A stretch of DNA of 63,952 nt, the filler included, from Folioceros fuciformis (lineage: Eukaryota): the NCBI GenBank assembly GCA_049999805.1. It is 9 parts of 9 records of this genome, joined end to end, with 100 filler letters (N's around TTAATTAATTAA, not from the genome) between each part and the next. Parts side by side here need not be neighbours in the genome. Positions count along the whole stretch, not along the records: positions 1 to 4,966 come from JBNGIO010001097.1; positions 5,067 to 6,885 come from JBNGIO010001100.1; positions 6,986 to 17,898 come from JBNGIO010001101.1; 6 more parts are not named here. One strand, given 5' to 3'. The notes below the pieces were generated by a model. That model ran no database searches. It was not told where the DNA came from and worked only from the letters and a program-made list of their open reading frames with translations. Shown here piece after piece: positions 1 to 11,868 of the stretch (position 1 is its first letter; each line of letters opens with the position of its first letter). The position numbers were made by a program, and so were the translations under genes.

Positions 1-1099
1 TTACAGTTGTATGCCAGCTACGAATCTGGAATATAGAGGAATCCGATACCAAACCAAAGAATAAATTGGAGTCTTAATCGGAAATTACCATTCTTCACCT
101 CAATTACGTAAGTCTAAGTACACAGTATTCCCAGCATCTTATTGGAGCAAACAAAATACAAGATTCAATCCATGCGCTACAAATAAGTACATCATCTTGA
201 ACATAAAGTATATACATACATGATAAACTTGGCCAGGACAAAATATATTCATACATATCATCATTGGCCTATCAATGTCAAAGTACATGTGTAGGTTCAG
301 GAGGTACACGTCAAGAATTGTGGTACTGTAAACAGAAACAATAAATGTTATTGTTGGTCTCGAAATTAAGATATGGAGGGATGAAGGACTTCAATCGTAC
401 TGTTGCTCTCCTAATTATGAAAGAAGTGGATGAACGGCTTCAACTTTAATCTTACATGATATGCTGAACACAAGTAATAAATGTCATGTTAGCCTCCCGG
501 TTTTGATCATGTACAAAGAGGCTTCCCAATGAAATAGTAGCGGAGGGCACAAAGGATCACAATCAGTTATGATACACAAACACAAATGCCGTTGCAATTG
601 GTATGTCATTTAGGAGACCAAGGGATGGGCCTCTAACTGTCATCATCCAACATGATATGGGAATGGACAAATCATCGTTTGAACTAGTATCAAGCAAGGG
701 ACAAAGGATGGATCGTATGATATGATACTATTGATTCGAGTACAAACAAAGGGATGAAAGGCTTCAAAATCTTGTCCATAATATGATATGAACAAGTATA
801 AGCAAGGCACCTAGAATAAAGGCGAATGCGTTACAATGTTACCTCGTAAGATAAGAGGGATTTGTGAGTGAGATGAATGTGCACAACAAGCCTAAGTTTC
901 GCACTGTATAAGATTGTGAGCTCGTAGGCTTATCTGGTTCTAGAGGTTAGGAAGGGTGCACAATGGCATGTCCATCTTTAGTGAAGGATAGGATGGGGAT
1001 GCCAAGTTAGGGCGGGGCCATGATGGTATGATGGTGATCAGGATGTAGATGAGCATCTTCATGGGAATGTAGATGAAGTGGCAATTTTAGTTTGAGAGA

Positions 1100-1440
1100 A
1101 CGGTGGTCGCCAACAATGATAGGAATGAAGAGTGCATCATTAATAGTCTATAGTTTTGTAGTCGAGAGTCTCAAAGGCCGAGAGAGGGATAAAGGAGTGG
1201 GCCTCCAACACATAGGTTGGGATTGGGTGATATATGCTGCAATCCCCACTATATTAGAGATATGCATGTAGTTTAACATGTTTTCCAATGAAAAAAGCCA
1301 AAGCCCTAAAGTAAAAGCAAGAAGCAAGCTAGAAGTGATAAGGAGTAGCTGCATGGGCCACATGGATAAGAAGTTGCAAGTGTTATGGTTGACGACCTCC
1401 CAAAACAATAGACTTATAATTTTGTTATGTTGCATGACTA
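1100..1440 (-). mobile_element. Possible highly decayed non-LTR (LINE) reverse transcriptase remnant
   Basis: Minus-strand fragment 'SLGL*DSRLQNYRLL' resembles the post-RT GGLGxRDLxxxNxALL motif; many stops; weak. Confidence 0.25.
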
Positions 1441-3468
1441 AGCAAGCAGCCTTGGTTGGAGTCTCAAGTAGGCTTCACTCTTCATGCTAGCACAATTTAC
1501 CAAATCTATCCATACTTTTTCGCACTTTTCAATACCTTCATACCCCCCTTTCATCAGCTTGCTCCTTGGATGTGGCATCGCCTCCTCCCCCTCAAGAAAG
1601 CCAAAAACAAAAAGGGAAGGAGATGAAAAAACCACACACAACCACTTATATCTAACTTCGTGCATATGTGTGTTTGCATACGTGGTGATGTTGTTGACAA
1701 GACCATCCCCAAGCTTCCTACACTACTACAGCGATTGTATATTTGTTTAACACAACAAGCAAGGAACCTTGGTTTCTTAAAAAGTAGAGAGGTCGAGCAC
1801 ACGACATGTGGTGGTGTTGGTGCGTAGCCCCTTGAAATTAATCATGTGATGCTTTCACACACCTCATTGCTCTTGTCACGGCCCTAGTGCAATTGCCCAA
1901 GGAAAGTACAAGGGTAATAACATACCCTCACATTATGTGCATAGTGTCCTTGTATTGTAGTTCACACTAGCCCAATGTTAGCTTTTGACATAAGGATGGA
2001 AATGCAAAGTAAGTATTATGAGACAGGCTTCCTACTTAGATGGGTGTGTCAACATGTAGCATTTCCGCCAAGGAGGTGAATAAAGTTCAAGTACCAAGAT
2101 GCTTCGATTCCAAAGCTGATGAAGCGGAAGGAGACAATATAGTGTATTAAATAAAATCTAAGCTAGAACTATATGAGATATTTTGGTTTATGGTGATATA
2201 GATTGTAACTGGGTGAGCAAGAGCAGCACGGCACATTGGGATACTCTAGTCGCTTCTTTGACTAGCAAATAGGCCAAGGCAACACCTGTATAAATGTGGG
2301 GTGAGAGCACACTAGATTGCATGCTCATTGTGCACATGCACAACGAGGAACACCCTCTATAGCTTAGCTCAACTCGCCACTTACCAATGAAAGAGAAGGT
2401 GACTTAGTTTAAGAAGAGAGGTAGTCGAAGCCTGACGACGGTCGCACAATGGGGAAAGCGATCGCAAAAGGAGTAACAAGTAGTGGAAGCCGGTAGTGGT
2501 CGTGGAAATAGGGACGACTTTCAGAAGATGGAAACCCTAAGGGGAAGTGCAAGTGTCCAAGGGGCATTCTCGAAGTAGAGCGCAACCACAACTGAAGCGG
2601 TGTCGGGGGCGGAACTCATCTAGCTATCCCTGCATACTCAACCAGGTGAGCGTGAGCACGGCCTGATCTAGCATGTCCGCTTGTGCTCAGACCATAGCCG
2701 CTGTCAACCCTAGAAGATCCACCTACTGAGGAGCCATCCTTCTGTCCAATATTCCCTTCCCTAGCAAGGTGCGCACTCGAGTTGGCTCCTTCGTCTGCAA
2801 GTTCGCCACTAGGGGAGTGCCCTTAAAGACCTCTTCCCATCCAGGGAAGGGTTCCACTGCCGGGGCCAGCCCTAATTTCTCCAAAATTCTTGTAGCTACA
2901 TCAATGGACTTCTCTTCCGCCGGCGATGCCTCTTCAGCTGATTCTATGGATGGAGTGCCTTGTTACTTGGCTTCCGTCTTCCTGGCTATTCCCTGCAACG
3001 TGAGATTTGCCCTAGACCTAGTGACGCGTGCATCCGCCTTCTTCCTCTTCGCAGGAGTCTTCTTGCCTCCTCCCGCCTTTCGTCTCCTACTGATGGTGGC
3101 CTCCTCTTCTGAGCTGCCAGTCGCTTCAGATTCCCAGCTGCTCGACTCCGGCTCTACCTCTTCCTTGGGCTATCTGGCTTCCATTTGACCTCCCTAACAG
3201 GCCGCCACATGTGCAAGGAAGCTACAATGTCCAACTCTAGCAAGGAGTTAACACGTGAGTACAGATGGACAAGGAAGGGAGAAATTAAGGATGGTCGAGG
3301 AGTGGGGGAGGTCAGATTCTGGCTCTCCTATCCTGGCCTCCCTTGTTTGTTTTCCGCTAATGATGTGATGCGATGTGCTGTGACAAAACGCCTAGCCTTG
3401 GCTTTTATCTCTTGCCTCTGTTGCTCCCGTTGTTATTGCCATATGCTCTCGTACTCAAAAGCTAGCAT

Positions 3469-3670
3469 GTGTGTGTTGGAGCAAACTCTTTGCTTCCAGG
3501 AAGTGCGCGTTGGAACGAGCTCTTTGCTTCCACCAAGTGTGCGCATTGGAACAACCCTTTTGCTTCCACCAAGTGCACATTAGAGCGAGCCCTTTGCTTC
3601 CAACAAGTGCATGTTGGAGTGAGGACTTTGTTTCCAATAGGTGTGCATTGAAGCAAGCACTTTGCTTCCT
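3469..3670. repeat. Imperfect ~34-bp tandem repeat, ~6 copies (core tttgcttccaccaagtg...ttgga)
   Basis: tttgcttcc-like core recurs at ~3489, 3523, 3559, 3593, 3627, 3661. Confidence 0.85.
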
Positions 3671-4392
3671 ACCCTATTGCTTGCTGCCTCTAATATTCCA
3701 CAAAGTGCATCCAATGCATATGGGAGTTGTGCACACCAATGCCAATGTTGGTGTGCACAATGCTAGGATGCTATGGTGTGCGCCCTATCTAAGGGCCAGT
3801 GCTGGTGTGCACAATGTTGGGATGCCTTAGTGTACGCACTATCCAAACACACCCCACATGCCATTGCTACCTGCTCCATCCATATCCTTAACTACCCTAC
3901 ACATGCCCCTACATTATTGTCGCCCACAATGTCCATGTCCGCTTCCACCTTGATCTTACACTACCATGCATGTCTAGTTCCACCTTGCCCTTACACTATT
4001 GTCCATATCCACTTCCTCTCCTTCCCTAGATTTCTGTCCATTTTTGCTTCCATCCCCGATCTACACCACCTTCCCCCACCCCATCCATGTCCGCTTCCGC
4101 CCTGGGCTAGGGCCATAGAATGCATTAGGTAAACTGGGTTTAGGCGTCCAAGTTAGAATGAACAGGTGTTCTAGATACTTCACTGAAATATAAAATATCT
4201 AGAAAGAAAGGGAAAAAGACGAAATGGTTTTAAGCTTTTTGTCGTGGTGTGCGCCGGGACATATGCACAGTGCCTAGGTCCTGGCCGTCTTTTTATCCAA
4301 GCGCGCCGAATTCCCATCCGCTTCTGCCGGCGGCCTAACAAGCAGCCTGGCCGGTCGTGTCCGGGCCCCTCGTTTTGGATGCGATGCCATGG

Positions 4393-4433
4393 CAAGCCAA
4401 GCCAAGCCAAGCCAAGCCAAGCCAAGCCAAGCC
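4393..4433. repeat. (CCAAG)n microsatellite
   Basis: Direct reading caagccaagccaagcc... Confidence 0.95.
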
Positions 4434-4966
4434 ACGCCACGCCAGAAGAGCGCATTGCTCTCTCCTACATTTCTTAGAGTGCCAAGTGTCCTGGTCGTAG
4501 GTGTAGCCTACCTTGTGCTGCATCTTCATGTGTGTGCGTGTCACGAGTGGTGCGGGAGCGCACAGGCCCGAGATGGGTATCCAGTCCTTGTTGGAAATAT
4601 CGCTGCGGCGGATACTGTATCTCGTACGCCGCAAATGCCCAAGCAATGCCGGACGCTGCCCTACGGTTCGGGGACCAGGCCGGGCCCAGCCTGGTAGGGT
4701 TAGGTCGGACGCACGCCGACTGTACAGTTTCCAGTTGTGCCCTGTACACGCTCGTGCCAATGCATGGCCATGGCCCATGGGGAGCGCCAAGTGCCAAACC
4801 TCTTTCCTTCACACCTGTTGCAGCCTTCAACTTGCTTGCCTCACAACATGTCCTCACCTCACCAGCCATGATGCTTCAAGCGTGAGAGTTGCAGCCTGCC
4901 GCCTGCCGCCTGACGGGCATCGGGGCCCACAACCTGCTCCACGTTTCCATCATCGCACCGTCTGCC

Positions 4967-5066
4967 NNNNNNNNNNNNNNNNNNNNNNNNNNNNNNNNNN
5001 NNNNNNNNNNTTAATTAATTAANNNNNNNNNNNNNNNNNNNNNNNNNNNNNNNNNNNNNNNNNNNN
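4967..5066. other. Artificial contig spacer (N44-TTAATTAATTAA-N44); same spacer at 6886-6985, 17899-17998, 24965-25064, 26566-26665, 33411-33510, 39615-39714, 62532-62631
   Basis: Identical 100-nt N blocks with a central linker giving stops in all six frames; genes are cut at these points. Confidence 0.97.
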
Positions 5067-7939
5067 CCTCCCCCCGTCTCCGTCTCCGTCCAGCACGATC
5101 TCGTCCGGTCCGGTCCTGCCCTAGCCTAGCATAGCCTGTCCCGCACTGCCCTGTCCTGTCTCGAGCTCTAAGCCCGTGGGACGGCAATCCCTACAGCTGA
5201 CCAGACGAGGAGGGCACGAGGTGAGTGATGCGTCCTTGGGTCCACAAAGCCAAAAACAAGAACACACGATTCCACAAGATCTACCAGCTTGGGAGAGGCA
5301 GCCTCGGTGCATTGCTCGCTGCGGTGGCAGCCCCTGCAGGCAGCAGACAGGCCCTGATGCGCAAGCAAGCAAGCTCGCAAGCTAGCACCCAGTCAGTGGT
5401 GTGCTGACCTGTGCTGCTCGAGTCGCAGCCCTAAATTTGGTTCCCTAGCAGCGGAAGAGAAGACGCCGGAGGAGGGGCAAGGCGGAGGGAGGTGGGAATG
5501 GAGGCAGCCACTACGGATACGAGACACACAGCCCTACAGATCATGTCGTGAGGGAGGAGGGAGGGAAGGCAAGCAGGCAGAGGCCCAGCTCGCAATTTCG
5601 CACCCCGGTAGACGGTGCCGTGCCGTGCCGGTGCCGGTGCCGCTACCGGAGCCGGCCAAGCCCGGCATACGTGGACTTGGACTGCCTCGGTCCCCGCCGG
5701 CTGTGGTGTAGTGACTTATATCGCTCTGGCGGAGAAGGGAGCTGCCTCTGCAACGACCATGGCCGGCACGGAATCATGGACAAACAAGGGACGCGGTTTC
5801 TGGCAAGGGCCCAAACAACCCGTAGCCCCGAGGCCTAGAATGCGGCAAGGCCAGCAGCCCAGGTCCTGACCCACGAACGACTCAGGTCCCAAAACCCAAG
5901 ACTCAGTACCCCAGGAGGACCCAGTAGCCCAGGAGGACCCACTACCCATGGCCCAGCCGACTCTGCCTCCAGCTTCAGCTCCATCTCCAGCCTCCGGTCC
6001 ACAGTTCCGCCCACCCTCCTTACTTTATTTTTCTCTCATAAGACCTGGTCAAAAGCTCTGGAGTCTCCCACGTACAGGACCCTATCTACGAACTTGCGTG
6101 TTCTCGAGTGCTGCGAGCACAGGACAGTCGAGTCTGGCTACTCCATGTTCACGAGCCAGCCAGCCAGCCAACACACCCAAGCCCTGGTGCCTGCATGGCC
6201 TGCTGGGAAAGTGCTTCCTCAAACTCCCAACGCATCACATTGGATGGCCAGTTCAGGCTGATTCTCGTCTATGCATGGCGCCTTCAAAATACCTTTCTTT
6301 CATAGACACCTCATCTTGTGGATCACCTCGTAGGTGTAGTACACCTTCTTCAAATAATATTTTTTCAGACGAAAATATTTACTCCGTCTCAATTATACGT
6401 AGACTTTATTCCACAATCTTTCATTAAATACAATGGATAATATTGACATAAAATTTGGTACATCTTAATTTGTTAGTCATTTAAATTACATATGAACAAC
6501 CTAGACTACTTCTTCTAAAGTTATGCACAATATTTAGTCTAAAGTATAACCTTTTTTCTTCAAAACAAGCTTTTAGAAGGATGAAACACAACGAGAGTAG
6601 ATGAGTAACAATCGTAGTCTCTCTCTTCCTTTATGTCTATATAAGTGGACAAAAGTAGAACTGTCTTACCTCTTACTTTTCCATGGTGTGCAGTTTCTGT
6701 TACCCATAAGTTGCTTCAATGATAGCTGAGAAAAATGCAGCCAACATCTTGTTGGGATCGGAAGATAGTTAGCCATTATCTTTATAATTATATTATTTTT
6801 CTTAGTGCTTCTAGTATGCTAAGATTTTGGTATGCAAAGATTTTTGTTAAGAGGTCGGAACTAACTTCGTGTTAGTGTTCTATTGNNNNNNNNNNNNNNN
6901 NNNNNNNNNNNNNNNNNNNNNNNNNNNNNTTAATTAATTAANNNNNNNNNNNNNNNNNNNNNNNNNNNNNNNNNNNNNNNNNNNNCTGGAGAGATGCGGT
7001 AGGTGTGTGCCGTGCGGTTCCTTGCGGCTTGTGGTAGGGAGACGGTGAATTGGAGGAGTCCGGCTGGGTGAAACAGTGCGGGCTGAGCGGCGTTTGGGCC
7101 GCATACCAGAGTTCATATTTTAGGTGACTGGCAGCAGCGGATGCCATGGACGGGTAGGTTGTTGGGAGGATCCAATTCTTGTGTTTCCGTGCTTGCAAAG
7201 TCCAGACTTCGTAGCTGAAATCGGTCGGGAGCTGCGGGCTTAGGCTAGACTCAGTTTCCTCATTCCACCCTGCTCTAGTTTGTTGAAGGGGTGAAGAAAT
7301 TGGACTGTTGAACAAAATGGGAGTCCAATCTGGATTTGTTTTCTTGTTTTGCGATCGTGAAAGGCTTGGTGGAGTCTCACACATTAGCGATTTCAGCTAC
7401 GGACTGTGTTCCGGCTGATCACGTCGGGACTTGATCCGGTCTGTGTTTGCACTACGCGAGGCTTGAAATAGAAAGCATGACCTAGAGTCCCCCTGATGGG
7501 AAATTGCATGTGTCAATTCTCAAAGCTAGGTCAGTCGGCAAGGTTCCCTCACATTGTCGTGTATGTGATCTGTTTTGCAGGGAAGTGGTCGTTCGGGAAC
7601 TGTGGCAGAGAAACTTGGTATTGGATGTGGCGTAAGTTTGAGCTTGGGGGGTTTCGTCTCGGCAGGAGAGTGAAGACTGACTGTACACCGAGAGAATAAT
7701 ATTATTGCAGAAAATGGCAGGGTGCAGTCATGGGTTTAAACCAAATTGACTCTGGCTGAGCAAACCGAATGTACCTGAGAAAGCTGGCTGTGGGTGCGCA
7801 AACTGGTTATGGCTGAGGAAGTTAGGGGAGGCAAATTTTATCCTTGGATGAGATGAGAGACTTCCCAAGGGAGTAATTCATTAAAGTACCATATACAGAC
7901 GATTAGTAGCATATTGTACAAGGTACAGAGGTCGAAGAC

Positions 7940-9625
7940 ATGATACTCCTTGCTATGGGGACAGGAAGGTCTTTCAAGGAGTCATTGAAAGCGTTGGAGG
8001 CTGATATTCAGCATGCGAACACTCTGTAAGTGATTCTACCAGACGCGATCTGAACCCTTGCCTCATGCTAACTCTCAGTACCCTGTGCTAATCACTTTGG
8101 GACTGATGCTAACGAACACGCTGCTAGAAAAGTAGTTGGGGACACGCTTGAGTAACACTTTGTCCGTGGGCGATGTTAAGTAAAACTTTGAAGGGTTCAT
8201 GTGAAGTGACAGTTAGATCGTCCTTAAGTAGCACTTAGAGGGGTGATGCTAACCAACGCTCAGATAATTGGTACAAGCCAACTCGTAGGTGATGCTAGCT
8301 AGTGCTTGGTGAGTGATGTTGACCCTAGTTAGTGATGGTGATCCTTTGGGGGTGGTTTTAATCCTTGGTTAGTTATGCTAACACTTCGGTGAGGTGCTTG
8401 TTTTTTTGCTTCGATTACAACTGTTTTCTTCTGTGTCTGATGTTATCCACTTTGACGTGTTGTTTTCAGGGCATCAGAATTTCCCAGAGAATATGATGGT
8501 GCTTGCTTGCAGATGAGGCTGTCGTACAGTCCGGCAGCACCTTTTCTCCTTTTCCTTGTTCGTTGGACGGATTGCAGTCTTGCTGGTGCCTTGGGGTTAT
8601 TAAGGATACTTATTTACAAGGTGTGTTTAATGTTTTTTCTGGACAGTCCCAGTCCACCGTAATCTGCAATAGGCGGTTTGTGTGGAGCTGTAGGCACTCC
8701 AAGTAGCATTGTGGTTGATGTGAAACAAGGCGTGTTGCACGTTTCTACCACAATTACATACTCTTGGGCTTGCATGTCTATTGGCTTATGTGCATGTGAT
8801 TTTCCAATGTTCTCGGCTATCCGCTGCTGAGTGAAGTCTGGAGTTTTGTGTTGGGTTCTCTCCGATGGCGTGCAGGTATACATGGATGGGACAACAACTA
8901 TGTCAACTCATGAGAGGAAGGCTAGCCTGCGCGAGTTTTATGGTGAAGTTTTCTCTGTTATCAGGTGGCAGACAGTGCTTTGTTGACTAGTAACCCGAGA
9001 AGTAAAGATGGTAAACTTTTTCTTGTGATGCAGCGTATATCTATCCTTCTCTGCAGCAGCTGCCGGGTGGAGTCACCGAATTGGAAGATATAAAACAAAA
9101 GGCCCAATGCATGGAAAGATACAAGAAGAAAGCTGACGAAGAGAGGGGGCGCATGTCGGCGCTTGATCTTGAGAGGGAGCAGGAATGTGGCATCTGCATG
9201 GAGACGAACAGCAAAATTGTTCTTCCGGTCTGCAATCATGCCATGTGCATCAAGTGCTACCGTGAATGGTAAGCAGCAGGGGTGTGTACGTTTTCTCTAC
9301 CTCCAACCGAACGCGAACGCTTGAAGATGTGAGGGTGCTTTCGGGAAGGGTGAAGCCCTAGATGATTTTCCGAGTGGCAGCTTGGCATAATAATGCTCAC
9401 CTTTTTCTTTGCAGGCACGCACGGTCACAGTCCTGTCCCTTCTGTAGAGACAGCCTGAAGCGGGTGAACTCTACAGATCTTTGGATTTTCACCGACTCGG
9501 GCGATGTGCTGGACATGATGACGCTTGCGAGGGAGAATCTACAACGACTGTTCATGTACATCGACAAGTTGCCTCTCTTGGTGTCCGAGAGTGTCTATGC
9601 CGTCTACGATTCACACCTCAAGTAA
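7940..9625 (+). CDS. AIRP2: RING-HC E3 ubiquitin ligase, AIRP2-like; exons 7940-8025, 8470-8620, 8876-8942, 9034-9268, 9415-9625 (start may be ATG 7955)
   Basis: Spliced product GRSFKESLKALEADIQHANTLASEFPREYDGACLQMRLSYSPAA...ERKASLREFY...ECGICMETNSKIVLPVCNHAMCIKCYREWHARSQSCPFCR matches the AIRP2 family; all introns are GT-AG and keep frame. Confidence 0.93.
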
Positions 9626-9926
9626 GTTGGACCACTGCGCCTGGATTCACACCTGTCATTCCCCACTGGTTAGGTTGACGAATTGTAAATACATATGTAC
9701 TTCCGGGCCTCAACTCTAGTTTGCGCCGATGCGGTCCTTGCACGTCCCTGCAACAGAAGCGACAAGAGCTTGCAAGGGGCTTCGGGCATCAAGAGTTCCT
9801 CGGCAGTAGGATTGCCAAAAACTGTACAGCATTAAACAAAGGGGCTTGTGGTCGCGCCTGTCTCCACAATGACGTCATGTGCACGCAGGGGAATCTGTGT
9901 CCGCTGCCGGGCACGTAAGAATCAAC

Positions 9927-9990
9927 ATAAATTGATTCGTCCAAGCCATAAATTGATTCGTCCAAGCCATAAATTGATTCGTCCAGGCCA
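9927..9990. repeat. 21-bp tandem repeat x3 (ataaattgattcgtccaagcc)
   Basis: Direct reading. Confidence 0.9.
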
Positions 9991-11868
9991 TCGATTCTGT
10001 GTACGTATGTAAACATGGCAAATCCATGGGGCTCAGGCTCCTGCAATTTCAAATCCATGGCAAACCAACTCCGCTCACGAACGCAGACACACACAACTAC
10101 GTGTCTGCAGACACACGCACCTACCTGTCTCGGCCCATGGAAGACGAAGAAGCGGGACTTGGTTCCAGGCAGGCGCAAGTGAATATTTTATTGAAGATAT
10201 ACGTGTATTCGTATCAGTATAATAGTTTGCGCGGTAGACCAAGGACGGTAGTTCGCTCGTGATGTGCATTGCCAGCCCGTTTTTCGCGGCGATAACCCAC
10301 GGCTTGCCCGACACGGCCTTCCGTGATGTCCTTGGTGACTCGCGACATCCTCCATCTCGGTGCAACCAACTCGATTATCACCGTGCCAGCTCTCGCATCT
10401 CTAAATTTGGCGCTCGTTCACCTGTGCTTGAAGGACAAGACGATGCCTTGAGGAGCACTCAAGCTCAATTCAGCTCGGCGTTGGCAAACGTGCAGAGCCA
10501 GAAGGTGAGGTGGCAGCTTCGCTTTTGACTTTCAAAGATGGAAGGGAACAGGATTTAGGACTGGCTTTAGATTCGACATCGATTTGGAAATGCAAAGGCA
10601 TAAGGCCCGGAACAAGGCTTGAAGCGGGAGAAGAATTTCGAATTTGTTCGCAAACCCTAAACCAAAGGGGACGCGGGGAGTTCGCTCAGGAGGAGCTGCT
10701 GTAATGTCATGTCCTGAATGCCCAAAACAATCCCAAAACGTTCTGCAACGGAAAGGTGTGCAGCTGAGATTCTACAGGCTTGCCATGCAGCACTGCCGAA
10801 ATGAACCCAGTGTTACTCCCTGACAGGTTGATCCAATTCAGAGTCTTCCCGCATGCGTGTTGATCCGATCCAGAGTCTAGCCACAAGGCTGTTGATCCAA
10901 TCCAGAGTCTTCCCACGAGGATGTCCATCTGATCAACAGTCTTCCCCACTATCCAACCTGGAACCCTATCGCTGACTAACTTCTAGTTTATGGCCAAAGC
11001 ATTCGCGGAGAAAATGAAGACAGTGAAGCTGCTTTTGGTTCCTTCAACAGTATGCTACTAAATAACACACTTGTCTTGTCCACTGGTGGTGAGCGATCAG
11101 CCTTGGTGCACCAAGAAGATTGAACACCCTCACCTTTGCAGCTTGGAATTGCCACTATAACACTCGCAGGGCGCAGGAGCAGGAGTGGAACGCTGGGAAT
11201 CTCAAAAGCCTTACCGCTCTGTGGGGAATGGTGCAACTCAAACGCCTTTACCCTTCTGGCGAGTGAAACGCTGGACGACTCAATTGCCATACTTACCCGT
11301 CTGACGAGTGGAATACTGGGCAGCTCGATTTCCCTACGGCAGGCCTCTGCTCTGACGACTGGAACAATGGGAACTGGAGGGGCAATGTTCCGTGCAAACT
11401 GTGATCCGGGTAGGTACTCTTTACTACCCGTCCTCTTTTCCCTTTTGTCGTCCAGCAATCTGGGAGGCGGCTTTGTCGAAGCCTCAAGGGGAATGACGAT
11501 TTTAGCCACATACGTACCACTCCACCACCTTGAAGTTCTTGCGCATGTTTGGCAACTCGGATGTCGGCGGTAACATCTCTTCTTCAATCCTGGTGATTGT
11601 TGATAGAAGACGAACACTAGTGCGAGCGAAATTGTGAAAGCCCGACTGCGAATGCGCATCTTGAGCTTACTTCGAGAAAGCGACACCTCCTCCGTGAGCT
11701 TTCCAGCGTCAGACGCTCCGTTGTCGCTATGTTTCTCTGTAAACAGTCGTCACCAGCACAGAAGGAAGGAGGAGGTCTGGTTGGTGTTGTTTTCAACTAC
11801 GATGTTCCCAACGGTATGGCTCTGCTAGCGCCATGGATATTGGGTCAGCGTATGGATTTTGGCAGTGA

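Noticed and set aside
5011-5022. Recurrent palindrome TTAATTAATTAA
   Set aside because: Artificial linker inside N spacers; neighbours across spacers cannot be assumed adjacent.
4180-6427. Many overlapping ORFs in GC-rich sequence on both sides of the first spacer
   Set aside because: No recognisable domain or consistent splice pattern; driven by GC content and microsatellites.
10827-10915. Repeat with variable linkers as a mini-CRISPR
   Set aside because: Only three degenerate copies with 8-12 bp linkers; a diverged tandem repeat.
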